Part shown: piece after piece, positions 37,401 through 51,800 of the stretch
Layout of the letters: every line of letters begins with the position of its first letter
Position numbering within the stretch: position 1 is the first letter of the stretch
NCBI RefSeq assembly: GCF_000143415.4
Contig: NW_003314418.1
Span: forward strand, 72,537 to 136,536
Direction of reading: 5' to 3'
DNA: 64,000 nucleotides
From: Selaginella moellendorffii
Taxonomy: Eukaryota > Plantae > Lycopodiophyta
Translations under genes and position numbers: made by a program
Notes under the pieces: generated by a model
What the model was told of the DNA's origin: nothing
Databases searched by the model: none
The model's input: the letters and a program-made list of their open reading frames with translations, nothing else

Positions 37401-39260
37401 CGTTGGAGAGTAGAGGTACATGCATTTTGCATCGTGATTTAGGCACAGAGGCATTTCTTAAGTTAGGAATTGAGATTAGGATTTCTCCCAGTCTAAATTC
37501 CTAACTTGGATGACTGGGCATGCAGTGGTTATATAGGTTGGTGATAGCATGCCAAACCTATCCCTTTTCTGTCTTTTATATCCTTGGCCATAATAACATA
37601 TACTCCACTTGCTTAACATCTACTCTTCTCTTCCATACCTATCTTACTCACTGCCTTTTGGGGATCAAAGCTGTGAGATGTAGATCAATCTCAACATCAA
37701 CATCTTTGTAACAACACATGGCTAAGTATTTCTTTCCTTTTTATGTTTGGATCTAGTTTAGATTAAAGAGGATTCACAAGATCATTGTAGAGGTGATTTT
37801 GTAGTTCTCCAGCCTCTCATCCTCAAGATCTTTTCTAAGATGCCTTCTAGATCTTCTATAAGTAACAACCAATTAATCAATTACAACAGCAGCCACAACC
37901 ATAGAAACCACAACCATTGCCCTATTCATCCCATATGAACCCTAATGATGTGGCATTAATCAATGACAAATCAGCACTAACTCAATGGTAACTTGATTTT
38001 GGAATATTCTAGAATAATCTGATGTGGATGATGGTTACATGTACAGCATTTTATCACTGTCACCGCATAGAAAATGACAGTGATGGTCACATAGTGTCTC
38101 TAAGCAAACCAACATAGGATATACCTGGGTATTCTTGAATATTCTATAATCTAATTGTTCATATTTATTTAGACTAATCTTGTGTTTATAAATTCAAAAC
38201 ATTTTAATAATGGATATCACATTGACTACAAAGAGTTGACTATATAGTTGACTGATGGTTTTGGCAAAAAGATGTTGTTTTGAGAACTACATTGTAATTC
38301 AATGTTTGGACATGTGTTTGTAGGTGTGATTTTGTGGCAAGGAAACAAAAGCAACAGGAGGTCCTCTAGACAAGCTAACTTCTGAAGTTTAACCAGCTGC
38401 CACCTCCATGCAAGGGTACTTTCCATGAGCTCAAAGTGTAGAGGGCTAGCTTTTGATTTTTTTTTTGTTGTTCTCTAGGCTCCAATCTGTTAGGAGTGAT
38501 GCAAAGAGACTGTTATTGATTAGGCTAGGGATTTCCAACCCAAAGCTATGTTTCTCATACCTAAAAAGTGTATCCATGAAATATATATATCCTCTTGTGG
38601 TTTCTCTTCTAAATAGAAGATGAGTGCGTGAGGTTGTACATATCGAAGTACAAATCAAAGAAGCAGATCAATGGATTTCCCTACAATGGGTCAATCATCA
38701 GTTGAACGAGGCAAGCAGCACATACTTGATCCTCTTCTAGTCAATTTGCTTTGAAAAGAAATTTTTGTCTAGATCTGAAGCAAATTCTTCAACAAATTAG
38801 CTATCATATGTTTGAAAAGCTATTTAACGTCATTCCATAAGCAAATTGATCTATAACAGGCTATCATATGCTAAATAATTTGACTTTTGTATTGATTCCA
38901 TAAGGCAATTTCATGGAATGATCTCCACGCCATATTCAAATTAGTCTTTAGTGTTGATCTAGTTTGCCCAAAATTTACCAAGAGCAATAAGCCACTCTTT
39001 CTAATTCCACAGTTGTAAGGGCAAGGTTGGCTATAAGCTACTAAGCATGGGCAGAAAGGAAAGATCCTCATACACACCTAAGTAGAGAGATTAAAGATTG
39101 ACAACCCTTCACATTCCTGATAGAAGTTGAATAGGGAATTGGGGTAGATAAAATAAAAATATTTATCAGCAATCCCTCACACATATTAGAAGATGTATTT
39201 TTCTTATAGACTCAGACAAAAGTTGGTTAATCCCCACTCTGTGTGACTAAGCAAAAGTAT

Positions 39261-39805
39261 TGTAAGCAACTAAAGAGAACGACTTAAGAGACAATCCATA
39301 GGGTTCAAATATAGAGGGATTGGTTAAGGGTCTTGGGATATTTGGGGTTAAGCGTCTTTGGGTTCGAATAATATTGGGCTGAGTGACCTCTCGGGAAAAC
39401 CAAATTTAGGAGCTTACATTTGTTTTAGGTCCGACTTTGTTAGTTGACTGGGGGAATCACACCACATGTTGATTGACATCTGGCTAGTCTAGTTTGCTCA
39501 TGCTGGACTCGACTTGAGGGGTAGGGTGTCAAGAGAGCAGGGCTCTTAGGAGAGCTGCGGCTCTCAACTTCCATTCAGGAGGGCATGAACTTGCAGGGAA
39601 GCATGGTGAATTATAAACAACCAAAGAAGACAACTCAAAAGATAATCCATAGGGTTCAAATATAAAGGGAAATGGCCCATGAACAAGAATGCACCCCCTT
39701 TTTCAATCGGTTAAGAGTCTTGGAGTAATTGGGGTTAATTATCTTTGGGTTTGAATAGTATTGGGCTGGGTGACTTCCTGGGAAGACCAAATTCAGGAGT
39801 TTACA
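39261..39805 (+). mobile_element. Cassandra TRIM (LTRs carrying a 5S rDNA-derived domain)
   Basis: LTRs at 39261-39418 and 39612-39805 with TSD AGTAT. The LTR core gttaagcgtctttgggttcgaataatattgggctgagtgacctctcgggaa resembles the 5S internal promoter region. The ~190 bp interior is non-coding. Confidence 0.88.
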
Positions 39806-40625
39806 AGTATAAGAAAGGGAAAACTATTTTATGTGCCTAATTAGGCCAGCGAATGATAAATTTAATGAAATTACTTAAATAGCTCGACAAATTACAGAGC
39901 AAAATACCTGATAATATTCTACTCAAGGTATACAGAAGTCTGACTCCTTGTATCTTTACTATTGTCAAAGAAAGTGTGATAAAACTTTATAGGTACATAG
40001 AATAAATGAGTCTTATATCTGTGGAGTTACCTATACAAAAAGAAAATAAGATTAGAATTCTTCCTAGATAGAAAGATAGTTTGCTTATCCGAGCTAGATG
40101 CAAATCCTAAATATTATAACCTGCAAAGGATTTATAAAATTCTGCCTACTAGACAATTGCTAAATTTTATGCAATTTTTAGGTAAAAAAGCTATTGTGAG
40201 AACTTTAATGGTTAACAATAAAACTTAGATACCCATAGGCAAAAATACACTTGGTGATAATTGGGTTAATAGACATTGGATCAATTCTAAATTTGAATTG
40301 GTAGGCAACAAAATTTTGTAAAGTAAAAATCTTTTAAAGTGAACCACATTTGAGCAAAATAGATATGCTTTGAAAAACAATTTTTGTTGCTCAAGAAATT
40401 TTTGGAACTTTTGTATAAAAAATGCTCTAAACATTTTGCCTCTAGAGGAAAGCTATCCCTATTTCAAAATAGGTTGGAAAGCTAAATACTTGCTCCTAAG
40501 AGTGACTAATAGGGCAATTTACAAGAGGGATACATTGTATAAAAAAGCCTCGTACCACTCATTCCATAAATGAGGCATAATAACTAAGCTTGCCATAGTA
40601 GCAACACCAACATGCTTCAAAATAT

Positions 40626-40787
40626 TGTAGCGCATGTGATCATAGAATGAAATTTAAATATATTGTTATCATAGATTTTTGGAACGTTGGGGGATAAATG
40701 GGGATAAAATAGCCACTAAGGGCTCTCTCATAAAGCAATTACCCCTTTGCCAATTGGTTTAAGGGGAGAGAGATAGAGTGCGTTACA
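40626..40787 (+). mobile_element. Solo LTR (162 bp) of TRIM family B
   Basis: TGTAGCGC...GCGTTACA termini, TSD AATAT, and homology to 56467-56628. Confidence 0.88.
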
Positions 40788-41379
40788 AATATATAGGTAT
40801 AGACCAATAATTGATCGTACCTATAAAGTTTAAATGACATAATCTCTATGTATAAAATTGTCATTGTCTATACCAAACAAAGTAATAAATATATAATATT
40901 TCTCTCACAATCTGATAATCAAAAGGCAATCTGAAAAGAAGTATTCACAAAATCTAAAATGAAATTACAAGGCACTTGCTCGTAATATTTGTGATCTTAA
41001 CCTCCTTTTAGAAAAGACTAAATCATTGCTCAATCAAGCTAAAAAAAAATTTGAAAGAGAGCGAGCTAAAAACATATTAAGTACACTTCAACGAAGAGGA
41101 GATCAAAAATCCAAATACGACTTTGATGGTCATTTAAAATATGTGAATCCATACACTACTCCTCTTTAGCAACATCAGCACATAGAAAATGCCTCTACTT
41201 CAATTGAGAGTAGTGGAACACAAAACAATTAGAGTGATTCCCCACGAGAGAAAAAAGTGTTAAATTTATAACCCTTACCCTTTGACGGTAATCCAGATTC
41301 CCCTACAAATTAAACATTTGTTTTGCCTATATTATTTACAAAATAAAGCATTTTCTATCAAATTGCACTAAGCATAATA

Positions 41380-43585
41380 GCAATTGCAGGAACAACAATA
41401 GGCACCGTCATTACATATCCATCCTTTTCTGAAATTAAAAGAGAGGACCTACAACTACATATTAAGCAATATAGAAGCAATTAAGCTCAATCAAGCAGAT
41501 AGGCAAAAAAAGAATTTTTCCCCTATACGCTCAAAAACAAAGTCAAAGATTGTTACTATGACAATGATGTAAAAAATCTTGGCATATTTGATGAGTAGAC
41601 AAAGTTTTTCCTAAAAGTTTTCTCCATAAAAACAAACCTAAAAGAAAATTTATGATGAGTTGCAAAAGCTTCATCAAAGAAAATTTGAGACAATCGAGGA
41701 ATATACAACTCAATTTAACAAGAGTTATAAATATTAGTGCTAGATAAAATATGCCTATGCCTATACATATAGAGCCTCAAGAAAATTTATCATGAACATG
41801 TGATAAAGAGAGCTCATGTAGATTTCAATGATTTGAAAAAAGAAATGTTTGCTTACTAAGATATTATAAAATAATATGACATAGTAGATATAGTGAAGTT
41901 AGACAAAAAGATAACTTCTATAGATAAGGAAACTAGTCGTTTAAGGAGTCTCAAATTGCAAACCAATCTCATATAAGGGATTTGGTGTACTAAATGCAAA
42001 AATAAAGGCCATAGCAAAGAAAAATGCAAAATTCAATTAATAAAGTGCTAATTTTGTGAAAAATAAAGGCATTCAGATAAGGAGTGTAAAACCTTATTTA
42101 AACAATCAGGAAGCCAACAAGCAACCTAAGTTAATAAAACATCATGTAGGCAAAACTATCCATTTGATGATAAAAGTTATTGTAGAAAAAATGATTATAA
42201 TGATAATCGAAGTGCCAAACGTGAATACTCATGTGTTAAAAGGTTAGATGACCATTAGGATTATCCACCTAGGGGTAATTTTCAGTATTATCCACCTAGC
42301 CATGAGGAAAATAGGCCTAAAGAGTATAATCAACCTAGAGAATATGGTTAACTTAGAGGTTACAATAGGCCTAGAGAATATAAAAGGCTAAAAGAGTATA
42401 ATCAACCTAAAACTCTTATTTGCTATCTTATGCTAATACAATCAAACTGAATCATCAAGCAAAAATGTTAGGCCTCATAAAGATACACAACCTGCAGCTA
42501 GGCACATTGAAGTAGTATGGTTAGATATAGAAAAGCTACCTCACTCTCTTTATCTTTGCCTTCAGATTCACCCCTTCTTCATTAGGCTCTAATCATGATA
42601 TAGATGCTAAGTAGTAAAAATCATCCCCAACTCTCAATAGCACCAAAAGAAAAATATCAATACAGAAATCACTCAATAATTCCAAGACTTGTAACCACAA
42701 GTCGATTTAAAGAATGGTGATTTTAACACAAAGAATCTCACACCTTTACAAGCTGATACGAATTTATCATTAGCGCAAAAGGAAAATCCTATACTAAAGC
42801 TAGATGGCAAGGATGAAAAGAAGGCAGTGAAAAGCACTTTGAATGCCGGAATTACTCTTACTCTAAGCCAACTTTTCACTATAACACTTTACCTTAGAGC
42901 TACATTGTTTAGAGAGTTCTTGCCTAAGAAGGAAGAAATTTTAATCCCATTTATGGCCATTGTAATTAAGTTAGAAGATTGTGATGATAAAGTTCCTACA
43001 ATCGATATAAACATTGATAAGAATCTATTATGTGGAACTCTTATTGATAGTGGCTTAAGCATAAATATTCTAGAAGAGAGTATTTGCAAAGAATTATTCC
43101 TAACCCCAATTCACAACCCATTTAATATACAAATAGCTGATAATTGAAGTATTAAGCCCATTGGAATTATTAGAAATGTCTTAACCAATGTGGTTGGCCT
43201 AAAATACAAACTTAATTTTGTCATGCTTAAAATAACCCAACAAGATTATGCCTACAAAACTCTATAGACCTTGGATAAAAATTTCTTACACAAACCAAGA
43301 CTGGAAAAATAGTTTCTTATATATAAAGCAAGGCAACCAAAAAAGGTATGTGCTCATTACTTCCACCATACAATTGGAAAGAAAGATTGACCTCAAAACT
43401 CAATTTTATGATTGGGAGGAAGGCTTAGACGGTTTCCAAGAATAACAAATCTTAAAAGATTTCCCTGAAATTCAGCCAATTTCAGAAATTCATCTTTATT
43501 CAATACTTAAAAGAATACTTAGACAAGAAACCCCTAAACCAAAAATCAGTTCGGATATAAAAGATTTTTCCTTAAAGAAGGATCC
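41380..43585 (+). mobile_element. Decayed Gypsy gag-protease fragment related to the 6-37 kb host element
   Basis: FPYTLKNK, zinc knuckle WCTKCKNKGH, LIDSGLSINIL protease motif and YDWEEGLD linker. Many stops. Confidence 0.75.
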
Positions 43586-43599
43586 TGCTTATAAAATTG

Positions 43600-45818
43600 A
43601 TCAACAGAGAAATTATGTTTTGCATGTTTCTTCTGATTGATCATTTGAGCAAATTAATTTAGTAGATCAACAGCACTTCAACCTCAACTGGTTCTAGCAT
43701 CTGCTATAGATGGTGCAACACAGGTGAAATACTTTTATCAAGCTACTCACTTGCTTAAGGAGTGCATGTTAACTTTCAAGACGTAGTAGAAGGAATGCTC
43801 AAAGAATGGCATGACAACCTGGCTATAATGGCAGCTAACCGAACTAATGGGGACAAGAGAGTGATTATGCATCTTGGTGATTGTCTCTGGAGACATCGTG
43901 ATGAGGTATATACATGGTCACACATTGATGTTTCTCATAGTTTTAACTTGCAGATATGTGGAGCCCATATTTGCTATCTTGTTGCAAATGCTAGTTTTGA
44001 GCCTTTCTCCCCTTCTGCCAGACTTTGTCTTATAGGTGCCGACCATTGTAAGTATCCATGTACGTATGATAGTCCAGAAGCTATCCAGGTAAGCTGTGTT
44101 TGTCCTAACAATTGTTAACTTTTTCTTCATCAGCGAACAGAAGTGTATGAATTTGCAAGAGTGACTGGCAATTCCCAGTTTATTTTACTTCCTTTCCAGC
44201 CATACAAGCTTATTTATGCATCGATNNNNNNNNNNNNNNNNNNNNNNNNNNNNNNNNNNNNNNNNNNNNNNNNNNNNNNNNNNNNNNNNNNNNNNNNNNN
44301 NNNNNNNNNNNNNNNNNNNNNNNNNNNNNNNNNNNNNNNNNNNNNNNNNNNNNNNNNNNNNNNNNNNNNNNNNNNNNNNNNNNNNNNNNNNNNNNNNNNN
44401 NNNNNNNNNNNNNNNNNNNNNNNNNNNNNNNNNNNNNNNNNNNNNNNNNNNNNNNNNNNNNNNNNNNNNNNNNNNNNNNNNNNNNNNNNNNNNNNNNNNN
44501 NNNNNNNNNNNNNNNNNNNNNNNNNNNNNNNNNNNNNNNNNNNNNNNNNNNNNNNNNNNNNNNNNNNNNNCTTTGCCCCCGAAAGCTTCTGATAATGCTG
44601 ATATTAATAACCGTCCTGCAACAGCTTCTAGCAGAAGCAGTGTATCACTTGCCTCATCGGCATCAATGGAACCCATAAGTGATAATACGAGAAGATCCAA
44701 CATGCCAGCAAGAAGCATTTCTGAGCCTGACTTTAGGCCTGCACAGGTAACTTGACTTGCTCTTGTGTACCTTCGATTAAGACTTGTATTCTTTCATCAG
44801 ATCATTAGTCCAGCAAAAGGAACACCAAACAGAGGTGTCTTTACTTCTTTTATGCAAAGAGCGATGGGCTTGATAAAAACACCTTCGAAGGAGGTTTGTA
44901 GAAGCTTTGGAAAGAGCACTAGCTGATTGATGGTTGGTACGTGATGCAGGCAAAGCTTGGTGACAGCAACAAGTTCAGATAGGGTTGGAGAAGGAGCCGA
45001 GGCACAAGTGCCAGAGCTTCCGTTAGCTCCTCCTCCCACGGCAAACAAGCTCGTCTTGTGTGTGGAGGAGAATGGCGCTCCTATTTCCATGTCTCCGGAG
45101 AGACCACAGCCAACTCCAGAAAGGCCACAACCGGTTGTGAGTGGAATCCCACCAATGCCTCCGAGCAGTAACCAGTATGCAGCTCGCGCATGTCAAAACG
45201 TTAGATCAAGGTACCGTTTTGGTCATTCCCAGCACTCCAATCTCATGAGGTTTTTGCAGATATGTCGATACTTTCAACAAAGGTAGCATAACACCATCCA
45301 AGACATCATCAGACTCTCCTCCACTGTTTGGCGTGGTGCCAAAGGCAAGCGCAAAGCCTTTGGCTCCAGCGAGATTTTTCGTGCCTGCGGCTGCTGCTGC
45401 CGCTGCTCCAGATATCAACAGCAACCATTCGGTGGATCCTTCCTCAGCACCAGCCTTTGTCTCTGACACTGCATTCTCAAACGGGAATGGAGCATTCGCT
45501 CAGCCGGTTGTACAGGATATGAGAAACAATCCGGGGCCAATGCCTGATCATCTCTCGAGCAGCTCTTCACCAGCAATTTTCTATTCGAATCACTATCCAG
45601 CAGCACTGTCGACCGTCTCGTTGCTGCCACCTCCAGCTCTGGAAGTCACTCCACCAGTGATGGTCGAGCAGCAGCAGCAAAACCAACACCAGGAAAGTTC
45701 GATTCATCGGCACCACCATCAACAGTCCGGCACAGTGGGATTCGAAGCTGCCAGTTCCTCCGGAGTGTTTGCCACTTGCAAGAGGTGGAATTGTAAATCA
45801 CACTCCACAAGTAAGTAG
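43600..45818 (+). pseudogene. SEC16: SEC16 3' half with introns, copy 2 (spans the N-gap 44226-44570)
   Basis: Exons: MLKEWHDNLAIMAANRT...HLGDCLW; AHICYLVA...ARLCLIGADH...SPEAIQ; RTEVYE...GNSQFILLPFQPYKLIYA; SASMEPIS...RSISEPDF; AKLGDSNKF; SGIPPMPPSSNQ...VRSR|YVDTFN; ARFFVP. The conserved YYDEKLKRW stretch is deleted or frameshifted near 44976 and the 5' half is absent. Confidence 0.9.
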
Positions 45819-48800
45819 TAGTGACTGTTGCTGGGTGGATTTTGGTAGAGCAGTGTAGCAAAGTAGTAGTCGTGGAAGGAGGAATTTGGTTTGGCTGGGG
45901 TGATTCTTTGGAGCCCACAAGCGAAGCAAGGAAGCAAGATAAATAAAATGGATCAAACAATATAATTCAGGAATTAAATTCTATAAAAAATTAAAATTTA
46001 AAATAAAAACAGTAAAATATAACATAGAATATAAATAGAATAAAATAGAGTAATAAACTACAACATATGCAGCATATACTCTTCAATAATAAATTTCAAG
46101 CCATGATTCTCATTATATAATCTTGTAAACAAATTTTCAATAAATACTAAAAAATTCTAGTTATCTCATTTTTTGAAAAACATTTTTATGGAGTCTCTTC
46201 TTGAACTATATGACAACATTAAATATCTGTACTACATTATTTAATAATCCTGCCTAAATTCAAACAAAACTGATACAAGCTATTAGTATCATAACACCAC
46301 CCTTGCATTTCAAATTCTTTGTCAAGCTTGCATTTCAAATTTTCCCCCTCTTAGCCTTATGGTTTTTTCTTAGGTTTTATTATTTGGGTTCTCTAAGGTC
46401 GCCACTACTGGTTCATGGATCACATCTTAGGAGGCATTTTTGCTTCCTCTCTAGCACATCATAAGCACAAATCTCTCCCACACTGTTTTGGTTTGTTTAT
46501 GGCCATGGTAAGTTTTTCTTTCCTCAAAACATATGGTTTCCATTATTATAAAGAATATACATTTGTACTTTAGTATTGCTTGGCGTGAGATTATATGATA
46601 GTGTAGTGTATTTACAAGAGAGTCATCCCATACTTGTGTATAGGCATGAGAGTGCATGCCTAGAAATCTCAAAACAAAAGAATAAAGATTTATAAGTGTA
46701 GTGCATGTGGTTTTAACTTTTTATCCTATAGTGATTTACCATAGGATAACCACAAAGTGGAACCTAAACCCTCCATATGCCACGTGTCCAAAGGACAGTG
46801 GTGTGGAACTCGAGTTTCAGGGCCTTGGGCCATTGAACGAAGGAATGGTGCCAAACTCCCAAGCATGGAGCCAAAAAGCAATAGCACTGGAGCACAGAAT
46901 GACTCCCGAGCATATAGCCCAAGGAGTGAAGGGACAGGAGCAGGGAACGACTTAAATCAGTCCTAGAGCAAAAAGCATCCCAATGCCAGGACTAACACGC
47001 AAAATGGAGCCAAATGGAGTCTAGTGCTATTTCGGCATATCGGTGGCCTAACATGAGGATATGGGTACTCCACCAGTTGGCATGGAATGGAACTTAAGGT
47101 TCGACATAAGCTGGACGTAGAACAAAGACAGACACATAAGCGGGAGCTAAACTATACCTCAGGTTGGTCTGCCATGCCCAACCTACCCACTATCCCTACT
47201 ATACATTTAGAACCCCCATATCCCCCCCCCCCCCCCCCCCCCCCCTTGAGGAACATATGCTTTGGGCTTTCACCCCAAGCCTCCCTTAGTATCAGGAGTT
47301 AATCTCTGGGACAAACTTGAAACTTATTAAATATGGAATGTCTCTAGATTGCGAATTTGGACATGAGACAAACACCATTGTGTTCAGAACAATCTCTACA
47401 TTCCGTAGATATGCCAAATGAGCAAATCTAGACACTTTCCATAAATAGCATTTAGGACCAAAATGAGACTAACACAAAGGGCATGATAGCGAGGGTATCT
47501 GGTAGACACAGTAAACTATCATTTAGCAATATTGAGGGACTAGTCTCAATATATGAGGGTTTTTGTCAAGCCAATGCAAAACAAAGCAAAAGAGAACTAA
47601 AAAGCCAGGCCAAGTATGCTTGGCTAAATAGACACTTAAGAAATTCTGTCCTTATGCTCATCTGGCCAAGTACATATGCAAAGTCCAGTTTACTAACACT
47701 TGAACAAGAGGGACTAATAAAGGGTCCAGCAATACCAACCTCCTACTATCGTGGCAATAAGGAAAGAGTGTTCGTAAGGACTATCTGACAGGTAACATTC
47801 GATACCCGAAGTCACATTTGCGACACTCTCCCCCCCTAGGGAAGATCGACGTCCTCGTCGATGCATATTCGAATTTAGACCACCGCAAAAGAAACAACTC
47901 CAGAAAAAGTTCATGGTGATCACACTATGTGAGAAATGCACCAACTTAAATGAGTTAAGAGGCAACCTCTTTGCCTAACACGGATGCACTACCAGCTCAG
48001 ACACCTTTCGGTCATCGCCGACAAAGAAATGACCAATGGAGTTAGCCACCCTTGCTACTCTAGGTGTCACCCAGCTTACAAAAGTGTGATACGCCCTTGC
48101 CTGCAAGAACATAGAGAGAGAAGCTAGAGGCACCAACCCTCATGAACAAAGAAACCAAACTCGTCAGTAAGGTTTAGATAGACTACTATAAACAGGCAGT
48201 TATAGTTGTTTACACGGTCACGCCCTTTTAACGGAATAAAGAACATCGACAGAGAGGCGGGTGATGTGACCAGTCGTCAATAGCTACCCCATGACTAAAG
48301 ATTTCACCATGCACATGAAGTGCCGAAGCCAATCTGCTTATACTGACCCAAACTCAAAGATTAATAGATGGACAATATCAAAGTTATAGACAATGATAGC
48401 TTAGAAACTTAATTATCAGTGAGTATATCTTAGATTAGAACATAAAAGTATTCTAAGTAATTTATCATCTGATAAACTAGTATTATAGGATAGAAACCAC
48501 CAAGAGCACTATAGTTGGAAAACATAGGATTTACTATCTAAAAAAATTCAATAATCAGTGTATCATCAAGGAAACTTAATGATAAAATTTAACTATCAAA
48601 TATTGTAGATAGCATGCTAAACAACTTACAAAAGATAATTGAAAGAACACAAAGTATCATGAACCGACAAGCACAATGCTCACGAATGTATCACCCGAAG
48701 GAAATAACATCCTAATCTATCAGAACTAACTCGAGCAATAATCAATAAAACAGAATGAATGTGGGAAAACCAACAAACACTCATTCATGCTAACTATCGC

Positions 48801-51800
48801 ACCAGCTAATTTGACTAAATCCTGATCAATAATACAAAGGAACTAGAGTTGTTTAAACAAGTGTTAACAATGTCCTACTAATGTTTCAAACCCAAAAGAC
48901 CAATCCAAGGCAAACCACAAAGAACATGTGGTATTGTGAAAAGCCATAAACCATCAAAGAGAACAACTAACTATCATGAAAGAACACCAATCATCCTATC
49001 AATGAAGATATGCATAATCATCGTCGAAAAAAGAATCTACCATCCCGAAGAACAGTGGATCATTCTATATCAACAATAATCAAGCAAAACCAGGATAATG
49101 AACTATCCTAAATGATAGTCAATCATCACCAATGATTGCTAGATGCAAAAATTAACTTCAATATTGAAACTAACAAGCCAAAATGCCTTCCGCAACAACT
49201 TCTAACAAATAAAGCAATGAGTATAAAACTCAAAGAACCAAAAGCTTAAAAAAGTTTATAGCCAAGTCTTGCTTAATAATGATCACAAATCTTGCATGAA
49301 CCAACTTCAATGCTAAAAATGAAATCATGGTACAACCCACAATATCCTCTTTAACACTTCTATAAGCTAAACTTCATAATGCCAAAGCTAATGAAGAGCA
49401 TGTCTGCATCAATCCAAAAGCCAAACACAATGAAGTTATGCTCAACAAGTGATCATGAAACAATCCTCCATAAATCCATTTATAGCAAGACGTAACTCAC
49501 TTCATAATAAATACAAGAAAAATTATCAATGATCAATATATCTTAATTGAAATCCAACAAGGATTCAATCACTTCAATATTGATCACTAACTCTTCTTTT
49601 TATAAAGATACCATAATCCACGACTAAATCACTTTTCAAGGAAAAGCTCAAAGTTCAACCCCTACTAAATAATCTCATCTAGAACATAATTAACTTAAAC
49701 TTGCCACTCAGTTCATTTGAACATTAATACAGTTGCTAACTAGCAAATGCACGAATGCCAATAACATGAAACTATATGCAAATCATCAACACTATCTTCA
49801 TCAAGACTAATGAAACTCAATATCAAGCCTTTTGAAGAGACATTTCATTTCACTCAAATCTTAACATCAATAATGTCAATGACAAAGCATCACTTCAATG
49901 CCATCAACAACAAAGCTAGAAGAAAGCACGAGTGAATCACCACTCAAAGCTCTCTAGCATTTAAGCTAACCAAAGTCAAAGATACCTTAGTCAGTATCCG
50001 AGATTAATCCTCCAGCAAAACTCAGTTACAAATAACACTTCATCAAGGAATGAATCACCACATCCAAGACTCAATGAAATCTAACACTATGGACTAAACA
50101 TAACTAAATGATATCAATAGAGGGAGACTTGACATGCCAACATGGAAAACCCATGTAAGTCTAACGACACGATCCTCCACAACACCATTCTGGTAAAGCA
50201 AACTCATCACTGATAAATCTTTATTGAGTGAAGCAAGTTTCAACAGTCTTCGACAAAGTTTACAAGCAATCACTAGTCGCAAGCAACTAACAATCATTGT
50301 TTCAACTTGCCTTCACAAGACCCAACACTAAACTTATGCCATCAAGTCATATACTTGTCCAATATGAATGTAATACCCCAGATATGAGATATTGGTTCAT
50401 GAACAAGCACAAACTAAATGATCACTCGAATCCAACTCAGTCGCAATAAGTTCACCAACTTGTTTAGCCAATAGCTCTAAGCATGCCTTGAAGAGGCTAG
50501 CTATGTGTGATCAACATTTAGTCAAAACTAAAGTGAAAACCATGAGATGGACTCATATTGATACACAACCTCCTCATAGACAAAGCTATAATACAGGTAC
50601 CAACATCTCAACCTCAAACAACTAAGTTGAATATCACTATCTTTAACCAAGGGATAGGGCTACCAAGCCAAGGTAAGATTAGTGAGAGTTCACTATTCTC
50701 ATAGAGTATAACGAAATGCAAAGTGCAACCTACAACCAAACATAATACTATAGAAGAAAGGCACAAAGGTCACCCTTCTTAGAAAAGCGCAATGGCCAAT
50801 TTTTTACACCAACTCCAGACTCTATCCCACTCAATTGCTTTAGCCCCTAAAGTCAGGATCCCTTTTGGGCACATCATATAAACTACCTACTAAGGTCTAA
50901 ACCATCTAAAGTCAATTCCAACCCCTTCACTAGTTTGTATTAGCTTACAAAAATAGAATGGTTTTCGAACAAAGTGATCAATAGATCAGCCATTGGAAAA
51001 GTTTAAAAAAATTTGGGGAAAATTTTCCATCCTAAAGAAAGAATGACTCTCAATCCAGAAATGCAAATTTTCAAGACTCAACCAACTTCTTCTTACCTAC
51101 AATTTTACATAAGTTCACCTCAACACCAATTTTTATGACCCATAGTATACTTAAGCCTCGAATATCTTTTGCCCACATTTCCAACATTTAACACCGAGAT
51201 CCATAAATGCAAAATGAACATTTAAAGCTTGATCATGAAGACTATATCTTCAAATATCCACATCGCACTAACACTCTTCTTCAACCACCTTCAAGATCCA
51301 ATGTGAAGCCAAAACATTAATAAGAAAAATGACATGGAAAATCAAGTTTTAAGGAAAATCTTCATTACTTAAATTAACAATGCCACTTCCACTAACACAA
51401 GTGTTAACGATGTCAATGCCTCAACTACACACCTTCTCCATTCAACAATCTATTCCAAGTGCTAACGGATTAACCAACAAGCTATAGCAAATGAATGCTA
51501 TAACCCATTTTCCAACACCTTATGGGCAAACCCTCAAGGAAACAACATACCAACTCAAGCTTAACATAATGGACCACCATCGAGAATGCAGTCAAAGCTA
51601 CTATAATGCTACTATATGTAAGTAGACTAACTTTTCCATCAACCACTTTGGGGTTGATCATCATTTAACCAAGCAACTTTGTAAACATATTGCTCATTAT
51701 CACATGGATATGACATAAAATCACAATGACTTAATCATTAATCAAGCAACACCACAAGCAATGCCAATGTCACTACTACAAAGGTTTACATAAGTATCAA

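Noticed and set aside
37455-37510. Imperfect hairpin aagttaggaatt...aattcctaactt after the host Gypsy 3' ORF
   Set aside because: It is short and single-copy here, with no TSD or other support for a function.
37700-39250. Possible host gene exons in the unassigned AT-rich interval
   Set aside because: No recognisable protein motif or consistent exon chain could be read.
39340-39400. 5S rRNA gene
   Set aside because: Only the internal 5S-like domain is present, inside LTRs with a TSD. It is Cassandra.
44143-44755. Long X-containing ORFs (also at 491-892, 28469-28686, 55698-56088 and 61753-62247)
   Set aside because: Their length is an artefact of N-gaps.
43600-45818. Functional SEC16 gene
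   Set aside because: The 5' half is replaced by Gypsy DNA and a conserved motif is deleted with a frameshift and stop near 44976-44985.
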